Source: Elsinoe ampelina | Taxonomy: Eukaryota | DNA length: 29,779 nucleotides | Direction: 5' to 3' | Assembly (NCBI GenBank): GCA_010093995.1 | Contig: ML992505.1 | Location: 1,879,533 to 1,909,311, forward strand | Shown: one piece after another, positions 1 through 11,015 of the stretch | Position numbering within the stretch: the first letter of the stretch is position 1 | Layout: every line of letters starts with the position of its first letter | The notes under the pieces: generated by a model | Told to the model about the DNA's origin: nothing | The model's database searches: none | What the model saw: the letters and a program-made list of their open reading frames with translations, nothing else | Made by a program: the position numbers and the translations under genes

Positions 1-3000
1 AGGAAGGGCGATACGAGTCGCCTCGTCGTGGGCCAGCAGATGACGAGGGCTGCGACGGTGGACTTTGTCGATGAGGCAGGCTTGGCGATCCTGAAAATGA
101 CAGAGAGCCACGTCTATTGAAGTGCGCCGGATCGCGAGGAGGTTGCTGTCCCGATGAGGGCAAAGGTGCTCTACTAGTCGTCGATGTATCGCGATCCGCA
201 GGACGGCCAATGGATGGCGTGGAGTGACGAGAGAATACATGTAAGGGGCTATCTGCTTGTGACGACCTGGAGACCGAAACGATCGTGTGCTGCTGTGGCG
301 TGGTATGTTTGTTGGGAGGCACGGCTGCCGAATGAGGGGCAAAGGAACGAGATTGTGGAACAGTTTCGTCGCTAGGTTTGACTGGTGAGTTCCGGATCTT
401 ACTGCAAGCACGTCCGTCTCCTTCACGTCGGGAGGCGTTGAACGCATTCCTCCTGTCACGTTGGTGCTTGACCTCGGGAGGCTCATCGACCACATCCTGA
501 GAACCCCATGTGATGCCTGAGCGTCGCTTCTTGGAAGATAGGGATTGGTGACCATTACCTCCAGCAGGCCCTGTGTCAACTTCGGTGTCCTTGCCAAACG
601 TAGCATGGTCACGCTTCTTAGAACTATTCGCTGCTGATATTGGCGGCCGATCCTGCGAGCGGTGTTTGCTCCAGGGGGGACTACTAGATAGCTCATCGGG
701 ACGACGTTGCTGTGTATGCTGGCTTCCGTGGTTGTGACCTTCCCGGGAAAGAGGACTTGTATTCTGTATCTGAGTGAGCCGTGATGGGTGGATCACGCTG
801 CCGGTGCGTTCTCCAGACACATTTGGTCTCCCATTGGCACTGCTATAGACACTTGAACTGCTCGAGTTCGCGGTCGGCTTCTGCGGGAGTGGGTGCGGAG
901 TGCGTGGAGACGCAGTCGAAAGGTCTTGCTGCGATGGACCCCGACCTGAGCTGTTGGCTGTCACAGGCTGGGTTGCAGGGACAGGCTCGCCAGTACTTTG
1001 CGTGGTCGCCTCAGTCGACGACTTCAATGGCGACTCCTTGACTTCTACAACCGGTGAAATTATAACAGGAGCCGATGATGGTATGGTGACTGACTCATCC
1101 AGCCGAGAACGCACAGCTTTAGCTTGCACCGGTGCAGTATTTGACATGCCTAGTGTACGGGGTACCGTAGTTCGGAGATCAAGATCGTTGTCATCCTCCG
1201 AAATCTCGTCATCTTGTGGTACCGGAGACGATATCTGCTTCGGTGGCGAGCTTGCAGGCGCAGTCGATTGAGCGGACGCTTCTGGCGCGCTACTATCAGG
1301 CGGTAATTCCCCAAGCTTGGCGTTGAGCGGTCTGATGTGGATGTGCATGGACTTGGAAAAGGTTTTGATGGCGTGCTCTCGGTTTGGACTTTGAGACCAA
1401 GGAATTTCGTCATCATCGGTATCCTCGGTAGCCGCTGTTCGGACCGGAGTCGTCAAGACTGAAACATCATCCTCTATTGAACCTCTTCCGTCGTCTTCAA
1501 TCCCTGCTTGCGCAATCACTTCCTGGTCTAGCCTGCGGGCCAGTGACTTGAGCACTTCCACAGGAACATTTGGTTCAGGAAAGACTTCTCCTGGATATGG
1601 AGGGTACCACGATTGCTTCTTCTGAAGAATGTCCCGCTGATTGCTCGGCATTCTCCTTGCTGCATACTTCATGTAGATCGCGTCGGGCATGTGCGGCGTG
1701 TAAGCACGTTTGCTGGGATTCGAGGGCTGGGAAAAGCTTGCTTGAGTGGCTGTAGCAGGTAGAGCGGCCGATGGGATCTGCGCGCCGTCTCCTGACTGGC
1801 TTGTCGGTACTGGTATTGGGCGCGATGGTCCGCCGGTGAGATCTATACTTGTTTTGGCTGGACCTGGAGTGGGTGAAGAGATTGGTATTGTAGATGTCGC
1901 CGCGTTGGTCTTGTTCTGATCTTGCAGCGAGACTGGATGACTCTCAGATCTGGGATCAGACGCACGTTGTTTAGAGGCTGTGTGTTTGTCTTGTTCAATG
2001 GTGACCACGTCGTCGTAATCGGCCAGATCGATTGTAAGAACGGACTTTGGAATTGATGCAGGCCGAGCATTGGTCGGCCTGCTGGTCTGTAGATTGCGAA
2101 GTAACATGGCTTTCTGTCGGGAGACCTCATCCTGTTTATCGACCTTACGCTTCGGAGGTTCTGGCTGTGAGAGATTGGATGCCCCATTGATCGTGACGGC
2201 AGCGTGTGCACCTGGTCGTTTGAGCATACGCCGGCCCGAGTCTGCTGGAAGCTGAGTCGCAAACGCCGATTCTTCGTTCTGCTCTGGTAGTTGCGATGGT
2301 GGCGGAGGGATCTCCAAAAGACTATCTGCTGAGCCATGACGCTGTGAACGAAGTTCATCCTCGTCATCCTGGATGTCAAGGACTGGTGGTTGCGGCTGTG
2401 ACTGTGGCTGTTCCTCCTCCTCCTCGTCTTCATCGTCATCAGAGTCCGCATTGTCGTACCTGCCCAATTGAAGTAAAAGTGATCGCAGCTCGGGGTCCTG
2501 CCATAATGGCTTGGGATGACCGAAGAAGCCAGCTCCGAGAGCTCCCTTGCGATATTTGGCATCCCGAATTTCGAGCAGCACCTGAGAATCAGGGTTGCCA
2601 AGTGGAGTCAGGACGAGTCGGAAGGAGATGACGGAGATGATACCGCCTTCGAGCTGTGGAATCTGCAGACCAGTGTCCCGTTCCAGCTGCGCTCCCAATG
2701 GAATCTGGCCATGGACTATATGATGGCCGTCACTGAACTCACAGAGATAGACCGTATCGCGTTGCTGGATTCGCAAGAGTTGTACTTTGTTGTTCTGACC
2801 CTTGGATCGTGTTAGATCGATGCGAAGATTGGATCCATCATGAGTGAAATTGTCGTCATCTCCATCGCTATCTTGATCTGCATCAGGATCTGATTCGACG
2901 GCTGAGATCTCCGATTTGATCTTCGGTCGACGCTCCGCTTCGAGACTGGACTTTCTCCATACCAGGCCTTCTTGAAATGCCTGTGCGATTGTTGGCTTCA

Positions 3001-3025
3001 ACCACTCGCGGAGTGAATTCGCCAT
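1..3025 (-). CDS. Shelterin TPP1/Tpz1/Est3-type OB-fold telomere protein, >1000 aa, 3' end outside the window
   Basis: Hand translation from ATG at 3025 gives MANSLREWLKPTIAQAFQEG...DGSNLRIDL...KVQLLRI...CEFSDGHHIVHGQI...GGIISVISFRLV...VLLEIRD...GAGFFGHPKPL. This matches my recollection of the fungal TPP1/Est3 OB-fold pattern (L.xW start, VQL, SDG, GGII, G.FG.P). It is followed by an acidic run and a long S/P/R-rich tail. The frame is open in all parts I read, including 1-180, and the ORF track lists no stop-terminated ORF for it, consistent with running off the edge. Confidence 0.75.
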   Translation of the reverse strand, partial: MANSLREWLKPTIAQAFQEGLVWRKSSLEAERRPKIKSEISAVESDPDADQDSDGDDDNFTHDGSNLRIDLTRSKGQNNKVQLLRIQQRDTVYLCEFSDGHHIVHGQIPLGAQLERDTGLQIPQLEGGIISVISFRLVLTPLGNPDSQVLLEIRDAKYRKGALGAGFFGHPKPLWQDPELRSLLLQLGRYDNADSDDDEDEEEEEQPQSQPQPPVLDIQDDEDELRSQRHGSADSLLEIPPPPSQLPEQNEESAFATQLPADSGRRMLKRPGAHAAVTINGASNLSQPEPPKRKVDKQDEVSRQKAMLLRNLQTSRPTNARPASIPKSVLTIDLADYDDVVTIEQDKHTASKQRASDPRSESHPVSLQDQNKTNAATSTIPISSPTPGPAKTSIDLTGGPSRPIPVPTSQSGDGAQIPSAALPATATQASFSQPSNPSKRAYTPHMPDAIYMKYAARRMPSNQRDILQKKQSWYPPYPGEVFPEPNVPVEVLKSLARRLDQEVIAQAGIEDDGRGSIEDDVSVLTTPVRTAATEDTDDDEIPWSQSPNREHAIKTFSKSMHIHIRPLNAKLGELPPDSSAPEASAQSTAPASSPPKQISSPVPQDDEISEDDNDLDLRTTVPRTLGMSNTAPVQAKAVRSRLDESVTIPSSAPVIISPVVEVKESPLKSSTEATTQSTGEPVPATQPVTANSSGRGPSQQDLSTASPRTPHPLPQKPTANSSSSSVYSSANGRPNVSGERTGSVIHPSRLTQIQNTSPLSREGHNHGSQHTQQRRPDELSSSPPWSKHRSQDRPPISAANSSKKRDHATFGKDTEVDTGPAGGNGHQSLSSKKRRSGITWGSQDVVDEPPEVKHQRDRRNAFNASRREGDGRACSKIRNSPVKPSDETVPQSRSFAPHSAAVPPNKHTTPQQHTIVSVSRSSQADSPLHVFSRHSTPSIGRPADRDTSTTSRAPLPSSGQQPPRDPAHFNRRGSLSFSGSPSLPHRQSPPSQPSSSAGPRRGDSYRPS

Positions 3026-3602
3026 CGTGTTGGATTGGGCATGCAACTCGCGACTGAGCCGGATGTGACGGATGAGAAATTAAGGGCCATGTCAGATCAA
3101 TGTCCGTCGTGGAATGGGACAGAGCAAGAAGACAGGGTAAGCTAAAATATGTCGTGTTGATATCGTGGTCGCGTGAAAGTTGAGATGCCCGCAAAGTCGA
3201 AATTGTTAAGAATTACCGGATTGGGAATCTTGGACGCGCTTGGGGTCTGTGCGTTTGCCGGCGCGGGTGCGGCTCCGGGTCACGTCTCCTCACCTTCGGC
3301 TCAATTTCACGTGCAATGCAACATTTCATCATACCTCGCTTTACCTACAGAATACTTTACACATAACGGCCATACACCAGTGAACATTCCAGAAGACAAG
3401 TACCGTCCTTGGCTTTTCATATCGGACTCTTGGTTTTTTCGAGTAGCAGATACTACCATTACAGCACCACCTGCGGATGCCCTTGGGACAGGTCTTGAAG
3501 CGGATGCCAAATTGAGCCCACCTGCGCTGTCGCGGACATTCCTTCCACAGGAGATGAAGGAGCATACCATCATTTCGCAGCGGTCTGGAAGCGAGCTTCG
3601 TT
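3026..3602. promoter_or_regulatory. Likely shared bidirectional promoter between the TPP1-like gene and FAB1
   Basis: 577 bp between two divergent start codons. No individual binding sites are assigned. Confidence 0.55.
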
Positions 3603-6600
3603 ATGTCCGCTGACAAAGGGAAGAGGCGCTCTTCCTCTGCTGTCGCTCCACCGCCCATCATCGGCTTTCGCTCCCGTAGAGGCTCCTGGGCGTCTGTCTC
3701 GTCGAAACCGCCTCCAGTAGACAAGGAAGCGCTTTCTCAAGTGCTGGACGAAATTCACACCACAGCGTCGAAGCAGGATACCCTTACGTCCTTCAGCGAC
3801 TACGATGGAGGACAAGGCGCCCGAGTCAGCGGCCCGAAAGAGCCAGTCGGTGGAGGCCTCGCAGGATTATACTCGCGAATCAGGCAGACTGTAGCTGGGG
3901 GTTCTCCCGACTCCATGCGACCAAGCAGCAGCAGTAGTCTGAGACAGCAAGATGCGGAGTCGATTAGAAGCTTCGCTAGTGGTCAGCTCAGGTCGAAGGT
4001 GGAGACGGAGGTCAAGCGGTCGTCCTCGAGCAATCGAGCTTCCAAAGACTTGACCGGGAGGATATCTGGTGCATCTTCCCCCAAGCTGGATCGCGAATCG
4101 AGCGCACACGAGACGAGGGACCACTCAAGGCTGACCAGTTCCGCCCACATCGCAAGTCCGCTCGCGCACAAGAGGTCTGCGAATATCTCTCAAGCGTCAC
4201 TCGCTGATCGGTCGACTTCATCTCAAGAGCTGCCAAGAGAACGAGAGCAGATCCCTCCGCCTAAGATTCAGCTCGACACCCAAATGGTTGAATCTGAATT
4301 TGCGGAGTTGAAGCGGATCACTACGATTCAAAGCGACAAGCGAGGGTCGCAAGATTTGAGCCTTGGTGATCCGGACAATGCAATAATGTCGGACAGCTCG
4401 GACTCGGAAGATGGGTCTAGGCTTCATGACAAGAACAAACGACTGTCTGTGCAGTCGAAACAATCGCTTGGGACACCTGACAGCAAGATTGAGGCGAAGC
4501 CCGCACGGCGTATTGCGGAGGAGAAGTCTCTCGAAAGTATTCGTGATACTGTCGGGCCCCCTCCCTCGACATCCGGTGCTCCCAACTCAGCATCTGCTGC
4601 GAGTACAGCTACTCTCCGGCCACTCGCCAGAATCGCGGAAAAGGGGCCGCCGACCGTCAACATTTCTCGGGCGTCATCGACTGTCGATGTCAATGATATC
4701 GCATCGCGAGCCAGTACTGCTGCCTCATCAGCTGCTACAACTCCTCGAGGCGAATACCCACCGAATCTTAATGGCGCACTTAGGCGGACAACTTTGAAAG
4801 CCCCCGACGGTCATCGAACGCATACTGTGGTACCGGCGCATCTCAAGCGCCGTGTTGTTAGCAAAGAATTTTGGATGAAGGACGAGAATGCTCGAGACTG
4901 CTTCTACTGTGGAGATGCCTTTTCAACTTTCCGACGGAAGCATCACTGTCGAACATGTGGACAAATTTTCGATGCCAAGTGTACCACTCTCGTTTCAGGT
5001 AGACCCTTCGATCTCCCCGGGACGCTGCGACTGTGCCGACCTTGTGAAGCTGTAATTTATGGAAGCGACGATGACTCCACGGTTTTTACCGATGATGAAG
5101 AAGACAAACGGGCATCACTTGTTATCGACACATCCAAACTTCCTCCTATTCCTGCGGATCAGCCATTAGACACATCTACACCCTTTGGCCCAGGTGAGGC
5201 TGCAATTGCTACTCCATCGATTGGTATACCTGCTTCTCGAAGAAATCGAGAATCGAAGCGTCGCTCCGCAGTCATTGAATTCGACGCCACGCCATCTTTA
5301 GCTCGTCCAGGGTCATCACGTTCGCTCAAATCCTTAGGTAATCGACCTCGATCATCGAGCCATCGAAGACATCTCTCCAAGCATCAACACATGAAGGGAA
5401 TCAGACACGTGCTTGAAGAGCGTGGACCATTTCACCAAGATACCGGTGATATGGACGGACGACAACTGCTCCCGGCCTTTCATAACGACAATATTATTGA
5501 TCCCGACCTGGCACCTTTCATGTCCGACGAAGGCTCCGATGATGATCAAGCATCCATCTTCACTGTCCTCAATAGCGCTTCCCATCCGTCCTCATTTGTC
5601 GATCACGACAGACCTACGCTATCTTCACTCGTGCATTCCAACTCCAAGAAGGGCAGGTCACGAGCGCAAAGCGAGAGATTCAAGGACATGGAGATTCCTA
5701 GACCTCCGACCCGAACAGGCTCAAAATTGCGGAAACGAAATCCGAGCATTGCAAGTATCAACTTCCCACGACCTTCGCCACGACGAAGCCGAAGTCAGAC
5801 TCTCCTGACCAGGGATGCCCCTGATGCCGGGATTGAGGGTTCCGATGCTGGATCCGAAGCACTCGTCAGAGAGAACCTCGAAGGCAAAATCAAGCGCAGC
5901 AATGCTATGCACGGTATTGATGCACCAAAGGTCGAACTCAATCGAGCTAGTCTCCAGCATGTTCGGAATCTGCTCTCTCAACTTCTGCAAGACAGCAAAG
6001 TGCCAAGCTTCAAATCGTGGGAAAGAGCATTGATGCCTATTCTGCTTCAGTGTACAGATGATGTTGACCCGGATGTCCAGCATGGTGACGACATGGATAT
6101 TCGGAACTACATCAAGTTGAAGAAAATTCCTGGTGGTCGTCCCGGAGATACCGCATACGTCTCGGGAGTGGTCTTTAGCAAAAATATCGCCCTCAAAGGC
6201 ATGAAGCGCAGCTATGTCCAGCCTCGTATAGTCATCGTCACCTTCGCTATTGAATATGCTAGGCACAACACACACTTTATGAGCCTCGACCCAATTCTCG
6301 CTCAGGAAAGAGAGTACTTGCGAAATCTCGTTGGACGAATCGTTGCCCTTCGACCACAAGTTCTGCTTGTTCAGCGCAACGTTTCCGGCATAGCTTTGCA
6401 GATGCTTCATGAAGCTGGTATCACCGTCATCCACTGCGTCAAGGAGTCGGTCCTGGCTGCCGTCGCTCGTGTCACGCGAACCATCATGATCAAGACAATC
6501 GACAAACTATCGATTGATCCTGCACACCTTGGACAATGTGACAATTTTGACGTCAAGACATACGTCCACGGAGGCATCAAGAAGACCTACATCTTCATTT

Positions 6601-9600
6601 CTGGTTGTCAGCCTAATCTGGGGTGCACTATCGTTCTTCGAGGAGCAGCTACTGAAGCTCTGCGACAGGTGAAGAGAGTCACGGAGTTTATGTGTTACGT
6701 TGTGTACAATTTGAAGCTGGAAACATGCCTCATGCGGGATGAATTTGTGCTCATACCTTCGAATGTTGCGGACATGCCTGTGCCGAGCCAGAAGACGGTG
6801 CAGAGCCCGCATTTGGAGCAGCAAGCAGAACGCAAAAATATCGACAAGTCCGATGGTCAATACCCTTCCTCATCACTGTCGGTCGATGGCAGCGTCGACG
6901 GTATTGATGAACGTCAAGCTTCCACATCGGACAACATGGAGGCTGCATCACGGACAAATAAGCAGGATGACAGCGGTGAGGATGATTCGATCCCTTCACA
7001 CTACCGAGATCTGGTCAAGACTTCACAAACTCAACTCATGTCATCGTCACCTTTTGTAAAGTTCAATGAGCCTTACTTGCTAAAACAAGCACTCGAACAA
7101 GAGCGCAACGTTGACCGCCATAAGCGATTGCTTAACAAGTTCATTGCCGCTGAGCAGGAGGACGCTAGCCAAAATGACGACGGACACATCGACTTCGAGA
7201 TGATCCAGCCAGAAATGCTAAATGATGTCGACCCGAAGCAATTGTCGAGAGGCATGCGCCGATTCCTCCAAGACGTGTACCAAGTCCAATACCAAAGGAC
7301 GATGCAAGACTACTCGACCAAAAAGAAGCAATGGGACTCATTCTTTGAAGGCAGCAACGGCAACCCCTTCGACCCGTTCATGCATCAGAACATCTTCGTC
7401 CTACAGTCGTTAGTTTCCAGTGTTACATCTGCCCCTTGCGCTGGCCCAGATGTGATTGGTATGTCCTTTTACGCAGACTATGAGCATCAGGAGATGAATT
7501 ATGCGGACGACTGCACTCTTGGACAATTTGTGGAAGACATGTGTATTGGAGCCACTACTCCCTGTAGGTCTTGCGGCCGAAAGATGCTGGATCATCACCG
7601 ACAATACGTCCACGGCAATGGTCAACTGACAGTGTCTGTCACTCGTTACCCATCAAAAATCAAAGGACTCCTCAACACCATTCTCATGTGGTCAACCTGC
7701 AAGATCTGCAATCAAGAGACGACTGTCATTCCGATGTCTGACAATACTTGGAAATATTCTTTTGGCAAATATCTGGAGTTGAGCTTTTGGAGCACACCAC
7801 TAAAGCCGCGAGCTGGTCTTTGTCCCCATGATATCCACAAAGACTTTGTGCGATGCTTCGGCTTTCATGATCAATGCCTTCGAGTACAATATGACAGCAT
7901 CGAGATCTACGAAGTAGTCGTGCCAAACCCGACGATCAATTGGGCAGTCAAATCTGACCTTGTCATGAAGAATCGACTGTACTCCGACTGCGTCAACAAG
8001 CTGGAAGCTTTCATCTCTTCTGTCAAGTCGAGACTAGAATCAATCAATCTGTCGACCGTCTCAGCTGAGAAGGCTGGTGATGCCTCGGCTGCTCTGGAAA
8101 AGCTGATGCAACGAGCGGATCACGACCACCACGAACTTCTTGTCAAGATTCAGACCAAGTACATGACATCACGATACTATGAAGTCGTGCCTTTGAATCG
8201 AGCTATTCGATTCATGGATGAGAAGGCCATAGCATGGGACGTCGCGTTTTCAGATTTCGAGAGCAATTACTTTCCTTCCGAAACGGACATTCGCAATCTT
8301 GCTACCATGCAGCTGAAGAAGATCTTCCTCGATCGCACCGACAGCGGAACGGGTGAGCATGGCGAAGAAGGCGTGGAGATGAAGGACGGCAATCAGCTCC
8401 GTCGTATCAACTTGACTGATGATATGCTGCAGTCAGAAAAGGCGCAGAATATGCTCAGTGCAGTCTTGGAAGAGCAAATCAACTCTGAGGGAAAGATCAA
8501 CGAAAAACAGCCCACGCCCGCTGTTTCTCCATCGAAGAGACAGCTCGTTACTTCACCCAAGAGCATGACTCCCGGCGAGATCGAAAAGGCCGTTGATAGA
8601 GAAGACGTCAAACATCTCGACTTGGCAGTGCCGGTCTCAACACCAGAAGTAATGCCAGCAGATATGGCCATGTCTCTGGATCCGCCTACTTCGCCGCTTC
8701 GTCTTGACTCAAATGAGCCAGTCGCCGAACAAGAAGCATTCGAAGGACCAAAGCCGTTAAATCCGACATTGGTCGAGAAGATTGAGCAGATCCGAGCCGC
8801 TGCTGCAAATTCCGATGAGGGCGATGGGAAACAAGCTGATTCTCGCATTCCTCGACTAGTCGAGTTGCAACGAAAGAGCGTAAGCACTGTACCTGTGCCA
8901 CAGCTCACTCGAGCCCAGTCTCAACCCAACCATATCCCGCGGCGCAGTACTGAAAAGGCAGAGTTCCCGGCATTCGACTCTCAGGTCGCCGATCAGCTGT
9001 CGGACAATGAAAGTGCAACCTCGGACGCTCGGCAAGGCGGAGAGTCAGGCAGACCAGAATCACGACTCTTCGAGCGCCTGTCAGGGACATCTTCGCGCGG
9101 TACCCGTCCAGCTGCATCCATGATTCCGAGATCAGTCCCAGTCAAGGCTGCTCCTGATGCGACTAGGGTGTCTGCTCTGGCCAAACATTTCGAACAGCTA
9201 TCTCGTGAATTCGAGAAGGAGCGTCTTAGAGAGCGACGCATGCGAGCTGCAAGGATGCGACAGAGCAGAGCCAGCCATCTACCCAGCAGTCAGCCAGTCG
9301 TCGAAGTCTTCAAGGATGCCTCGGAAGCCGTCAGTAGCAGAGCTGATGAGGCCAAGACTGGACACCCGGGCGTGAAACGGACCGAGAGTAATCGCAGCAC
9401 ACGGCAAAGAGGGCATGAACATGTCAACAGTACTAGTGATACTTCACAGGGCGAGCCTGAATTGACCGATGCTGAGCACACGGACAATTTTACGGACAAT
9501 GAGCGAGCTAGTACCTCTTATGGGCAGGGAGCGTCGGATACAGAAGTCGAAGGGGAAGGCACGGATAGTGAGGTGCATCCTGAGAATAAACGAAAGCGGT

Positions 9601-11015
9601 TGCTGGAGCCGGGAACGTCGACATCTTCTGGCACGCTCATGTCGCCAACAAGCATTCCCGATCTTGAGCTGCCACTACCGAAGCACGAAAAGTCGTCATT
9701 GATGAAGATGTTGTCATCATTCTGGTCTGAACGATCCGCGTCGGGCTGGGCTCCTCTTGAGTACCCTCTCAACCAGACTGAGCACGTCTTTGATGATTCC
9801 GACATTGTTGTGCGGGAAGATGAGCCCTCATCTGTGATTGCGTTGGCACTTTCGTCCAACGATTACTTGAAGAAGCTCAAGGAGTTCCGTGCTTCTGGTC
9901 GAGCTCGCTGCCGTGGCCCATCGATGGCTACTATGGACGACATTGCGATCGAGCAAGCAGCTATCGAGGCCAGTCTGATCTCCGAGACAGGAACACATAT
10001 GAAGTATTCGTTCGGGCATAATCAAGTCCGAGCTCAGTGCAAGATCTTCTACGCCGAGTCGTTCGATGCTCTTCGACGAAAGTGCGGCGTGTCTCCACGG
10101 TTCGTCGAATCTCTTTCTCGCAGTATCAAATGGGACAGTAAGGGCGGCAAGACCAAATCTCTCTTCCTCAAGACTCTGGACGATCGATTCGTGATCAAGT
10201 CTTTGCAGGAAGTGGAGCTCAAAGCCTTTACCCGCTTCGCCCCGGACTACTTTGCATTCATGTCGCATACACTCTTCCGCTCCGTCCCTAGCGTCATAGC
10301 AAAGATGTTTGGTCTCTTCCAAGTCATGATCAAGAACCCAGCAACAGGCGTCGAATTCTCCTCGTACCTTCTGGTCATGGAGAATCTTTTCTACGACCAC
10401 AAACCGACCCGCCGCTTCGACCTCAAGGGATCCATGCGTAACCGCAAGATCGAATCCACCGGCCAACCCGACGAAGTGCTTCTCGACGAGAATCTCGTCG
10501 AAACCATCTTCGAAACGCCCCTCTTCGTGCGCGAACACGCCCGCAAACTAGTCAAAGCCTCGGTGTGGAACGACACAATGTGGCTCTGCCGGCAGAACGT
10601 AATGGACTACTCCCTCATGGCCGGATTCGATGACGAAAGCAGACTTCTCTTCGTGGGCATCATCGACTGTATCAGAACCTATACATGGGACAAGAAGCTA
10701 GAGAGCTGGATCAAAGATCGGGGAAAGAATAAACCGACCATCACCAGTCCGAAGGATTACAGGAATCGGTTCAGGGTCAGTATGATGCAGTACGTGCTGC
10801 AGAGTCCGAATGTGTACCACGAGTTCAGTCGTGGGGTGGGCGTGGGAGGGGAGCTGAGGGTGGAAAACCGGAGACGGAAGGGGAGTAGGGAAGAAGGTCT
10901 GCTTGGTGTCGGGCCAGGGTCAGGGCAGAGTCAAGGGGCGGGACAAGTGGAGAGGCAGGAGACTGGGTTTGTCGAGGCGGGAGCTGTCGGGGATATGAAC
11001 AGCGTGGCGCTTTGA
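3603..11015 (+). CDS. FAB1: 1-phosphatidylinositol-3-phosphate 5-kinase Fab1/PIKfyve
   Basis: 2470-aa ORF with a FYVE domain (FWMKDE..CFYC..FSTFRRKHHCRTCG), a CCT/chaperonin-like domain (YIKLKKIPGG..VSGVVFSKN..GCTIVLRG), a Cys-rich region (YSFGKYLEL) and a C-terminal PIP kinase domain (KGGKTKSLF, MENLF, FDLKGS, MDYSL, GIID, YTWDKKLE). Confidence 0.98.
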   Translation: MSADKGKRRSSSAVAPPPIIGFRSRRGSWASVSSKPPPVDKEALSQVLDEIHTTASKQDTLTSFSDYDGGQGARVSGPKEPVGGGLAGLYSRIRQTVAGGSPDSMRPSSSSSLRQQDAESIRSFASGQLRSKVETEVKRSSSSNRASKDLTGRISGASSPKLDRESSAHETRDHSRLTSSAHIASPLAHKRSANISQASLADRSTSSQELPREREQIPPPKIQLDTQMVESEFAELKRITTIQSDKRGSQDLSLGDPDNAIMSDSSDSEDGSRLHDKNKRLSVQSKQSLGTPDSKIEAKPARRIAEEKSLESIRDTVGPPPSTSGAPNSASAASTATLRPLARIAEKGPPTVNISRASSTVDVNDIASRASTAASSAATTPRGEYPPNLNGALRRTTLKAPDGHRTHTVVPAHLKRRVVSKEFWMKDENARDCFYCGDAFSTFRRKHHCRTCGQIFDAKCTTLVSGRPFDLPGTLRLCRPCEAVIYGSDDDSTVFTDDEEDKRASLVIDTSKLPPIPADQPLDTSTPFGPGEAAIATPSIGIPASRRNRESKRRSAVIEFDATPSLARPGSSRSLKSLGNRPRSSSHRRHLSKHQHMKGIRHVLEERGPFHQDTGDMDGRQLLPAFHNDNIIDPDLAPFMSDEGSDDDQASIFTVLNSASHPSSFVDHDRPTLSSLVHSNSKKGRSRAQSERFKDMEIPRPPTRTGSKLRKRNPSIASINFPRPSPRRSRSQTLLTRDAPDAGIEGSDAGSEALVRENLEGKIKRSNAMHGIDAPKVELNRASLQHVRNLLSQLLQDSKVPSFKSWERALMPILLQCTDDVDPDVQHGDDMDIRNYIKLKKIPGGRPGDTAYVSGVVFSKNIALKGMKRSYVQPRIVIVTFAIEYARHNTHFMSLDPILAQEREYLRNLVGRIVALRPQVLLVQRNVSGIALQMLHEAGITVIHCVKESVLAAVARVTRTIMIKTIDKLSIDPAHLGQCDNFDVKTYVHGGIKKTYIFISGCQPNLGCTIVLRGAATEALRQVKRVTEFMCYVVYNLKLETCLMRDEFVLIPSNVADMPVPSQKTVQSPHLEQQAERKNIDKSDGQYPSSSLSVDGSVDGIDERQASTSDNMEAASRTNKQDDSGEDDSIPSHYRDLVKTSQTQLMSSSPFVKFNEPYLLKQALEQERNVDRHKRLLNKFIAAEQEDASQNDDGHIDFEMIQPEMLNDVDPKQLSRGMRRFLQDVYQVQYQRTMQDYSTKKKQWDSFFEGSNGNPFDPFMHQNIFVLQSLVSSVTSAPCAGPDVIGMSFYADYEHQEMNYADDCTLGQFVEDMCIGATTPCRSCGRKMLDHHRQYVHGNGQLTVSVTRYPSKIKGLLNTILMWSTCKICNQETTVIPMSDNTWKYSFGKYLELSFWSTPLKPRAGLCPHDIHKDFVRCFGFHDQCLRVQYDSIEIYEVVVPNPTINWAVKSDLVMKNRLYSDCVNKLEAFISSVKSRLESINLSTVSAEKAGDASAALEKLMQRADHDHHELLVKIQTKYMTSRYYEVVPLNRAIRFMDEKAIAWDVAFSDFESNYFPSETDIRNLATMQLKKIFLDRTDSGTGEHGEEGVEMKDGNQLRRINLTDDMLQSEKAQNMLSAVLEEQINSEGKINEKQPTPAVSPSKRQLVTSPKSMTPGEIEKAVDREDVKHLDLAVPVSTPEVMPADMAMSLDPPTSPLRLDSNEPVAEQEAFEGPKPLNPTLVEKIEQIRAAAANSDEGDGKQADSRIPRLVELQRKSVSTVPVPQLTRAQSQPNHIPRRSTEKAEFPAFDSQVADQLSDNESATSDARQGGESGRPESRLFERLSGTSSRGTRPAASMIPRSVPVKAAPDATRVSALAKHFEQLSREFEKERLRERRMRAARMRQSRASHLPSSQPVVEVFKDASEAVSSRADEAKTGHPGVKRTESNRSTRQRGHEHVNSTSDTSQGEPELTDAEHTDNFTDNERASTSYGQGASDTEVEGEGTDSEVHPENKRKRLLEPGTSTSSGTLMSPTSIPDLELPLPKHEKSSLMKMLSSFWSERSASGWAPLEYPLNQTEHVFDDSDIVVREDEPSSVIALALSSNDYLKKLKEFRASGRARCRGPSMATMDDIAIEQAAIEASLISETGTHMKYSFGHNQVRAQCKIFYAESFDALRRKCGVSPRFVESLSRSIKWDSKGGKTKSLFLKTLDDRFVIKSLQEVELKAFTRFAPDYFAFMSHTLFRSVPSVIAKMFGLFQVMIKNPATGVEFSSYLLVMENLFYDHKPTRRFDLKGSMRNRKIESTGQPDEVLLDENLVETIFETPLFVREHARKLVKASVWNDTMWLCRQNVMDYSLMAGFDDESRLLFVGIIDCIRTYTWDKKLESWIKDRGKNKPTITSPKDYRNRFRVSMMQYVLQSPNVYHEFSRGVGVGGELRVENRRRKGSREEGLLGVGPGSGQSQGAGQVERQETGFVEAGAVGDMNSVAL

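Noticed and set aside
184..3815. Many short ORFs (e.g. 1843-2601, 2883-3194, 3173-3613)
   Set aside because: They are alternative-frame or antisense shadows of the TPP1-like gene and FAB1, or lie in the promoter, and have no recognisable motifs.
4870..5050. FYVE domain has IFDAKC where a Cys ligand is usual
   Set aside because: As I recall, this Asp variant is common in filamentous-fungal Fab1, so it is not a lesion.
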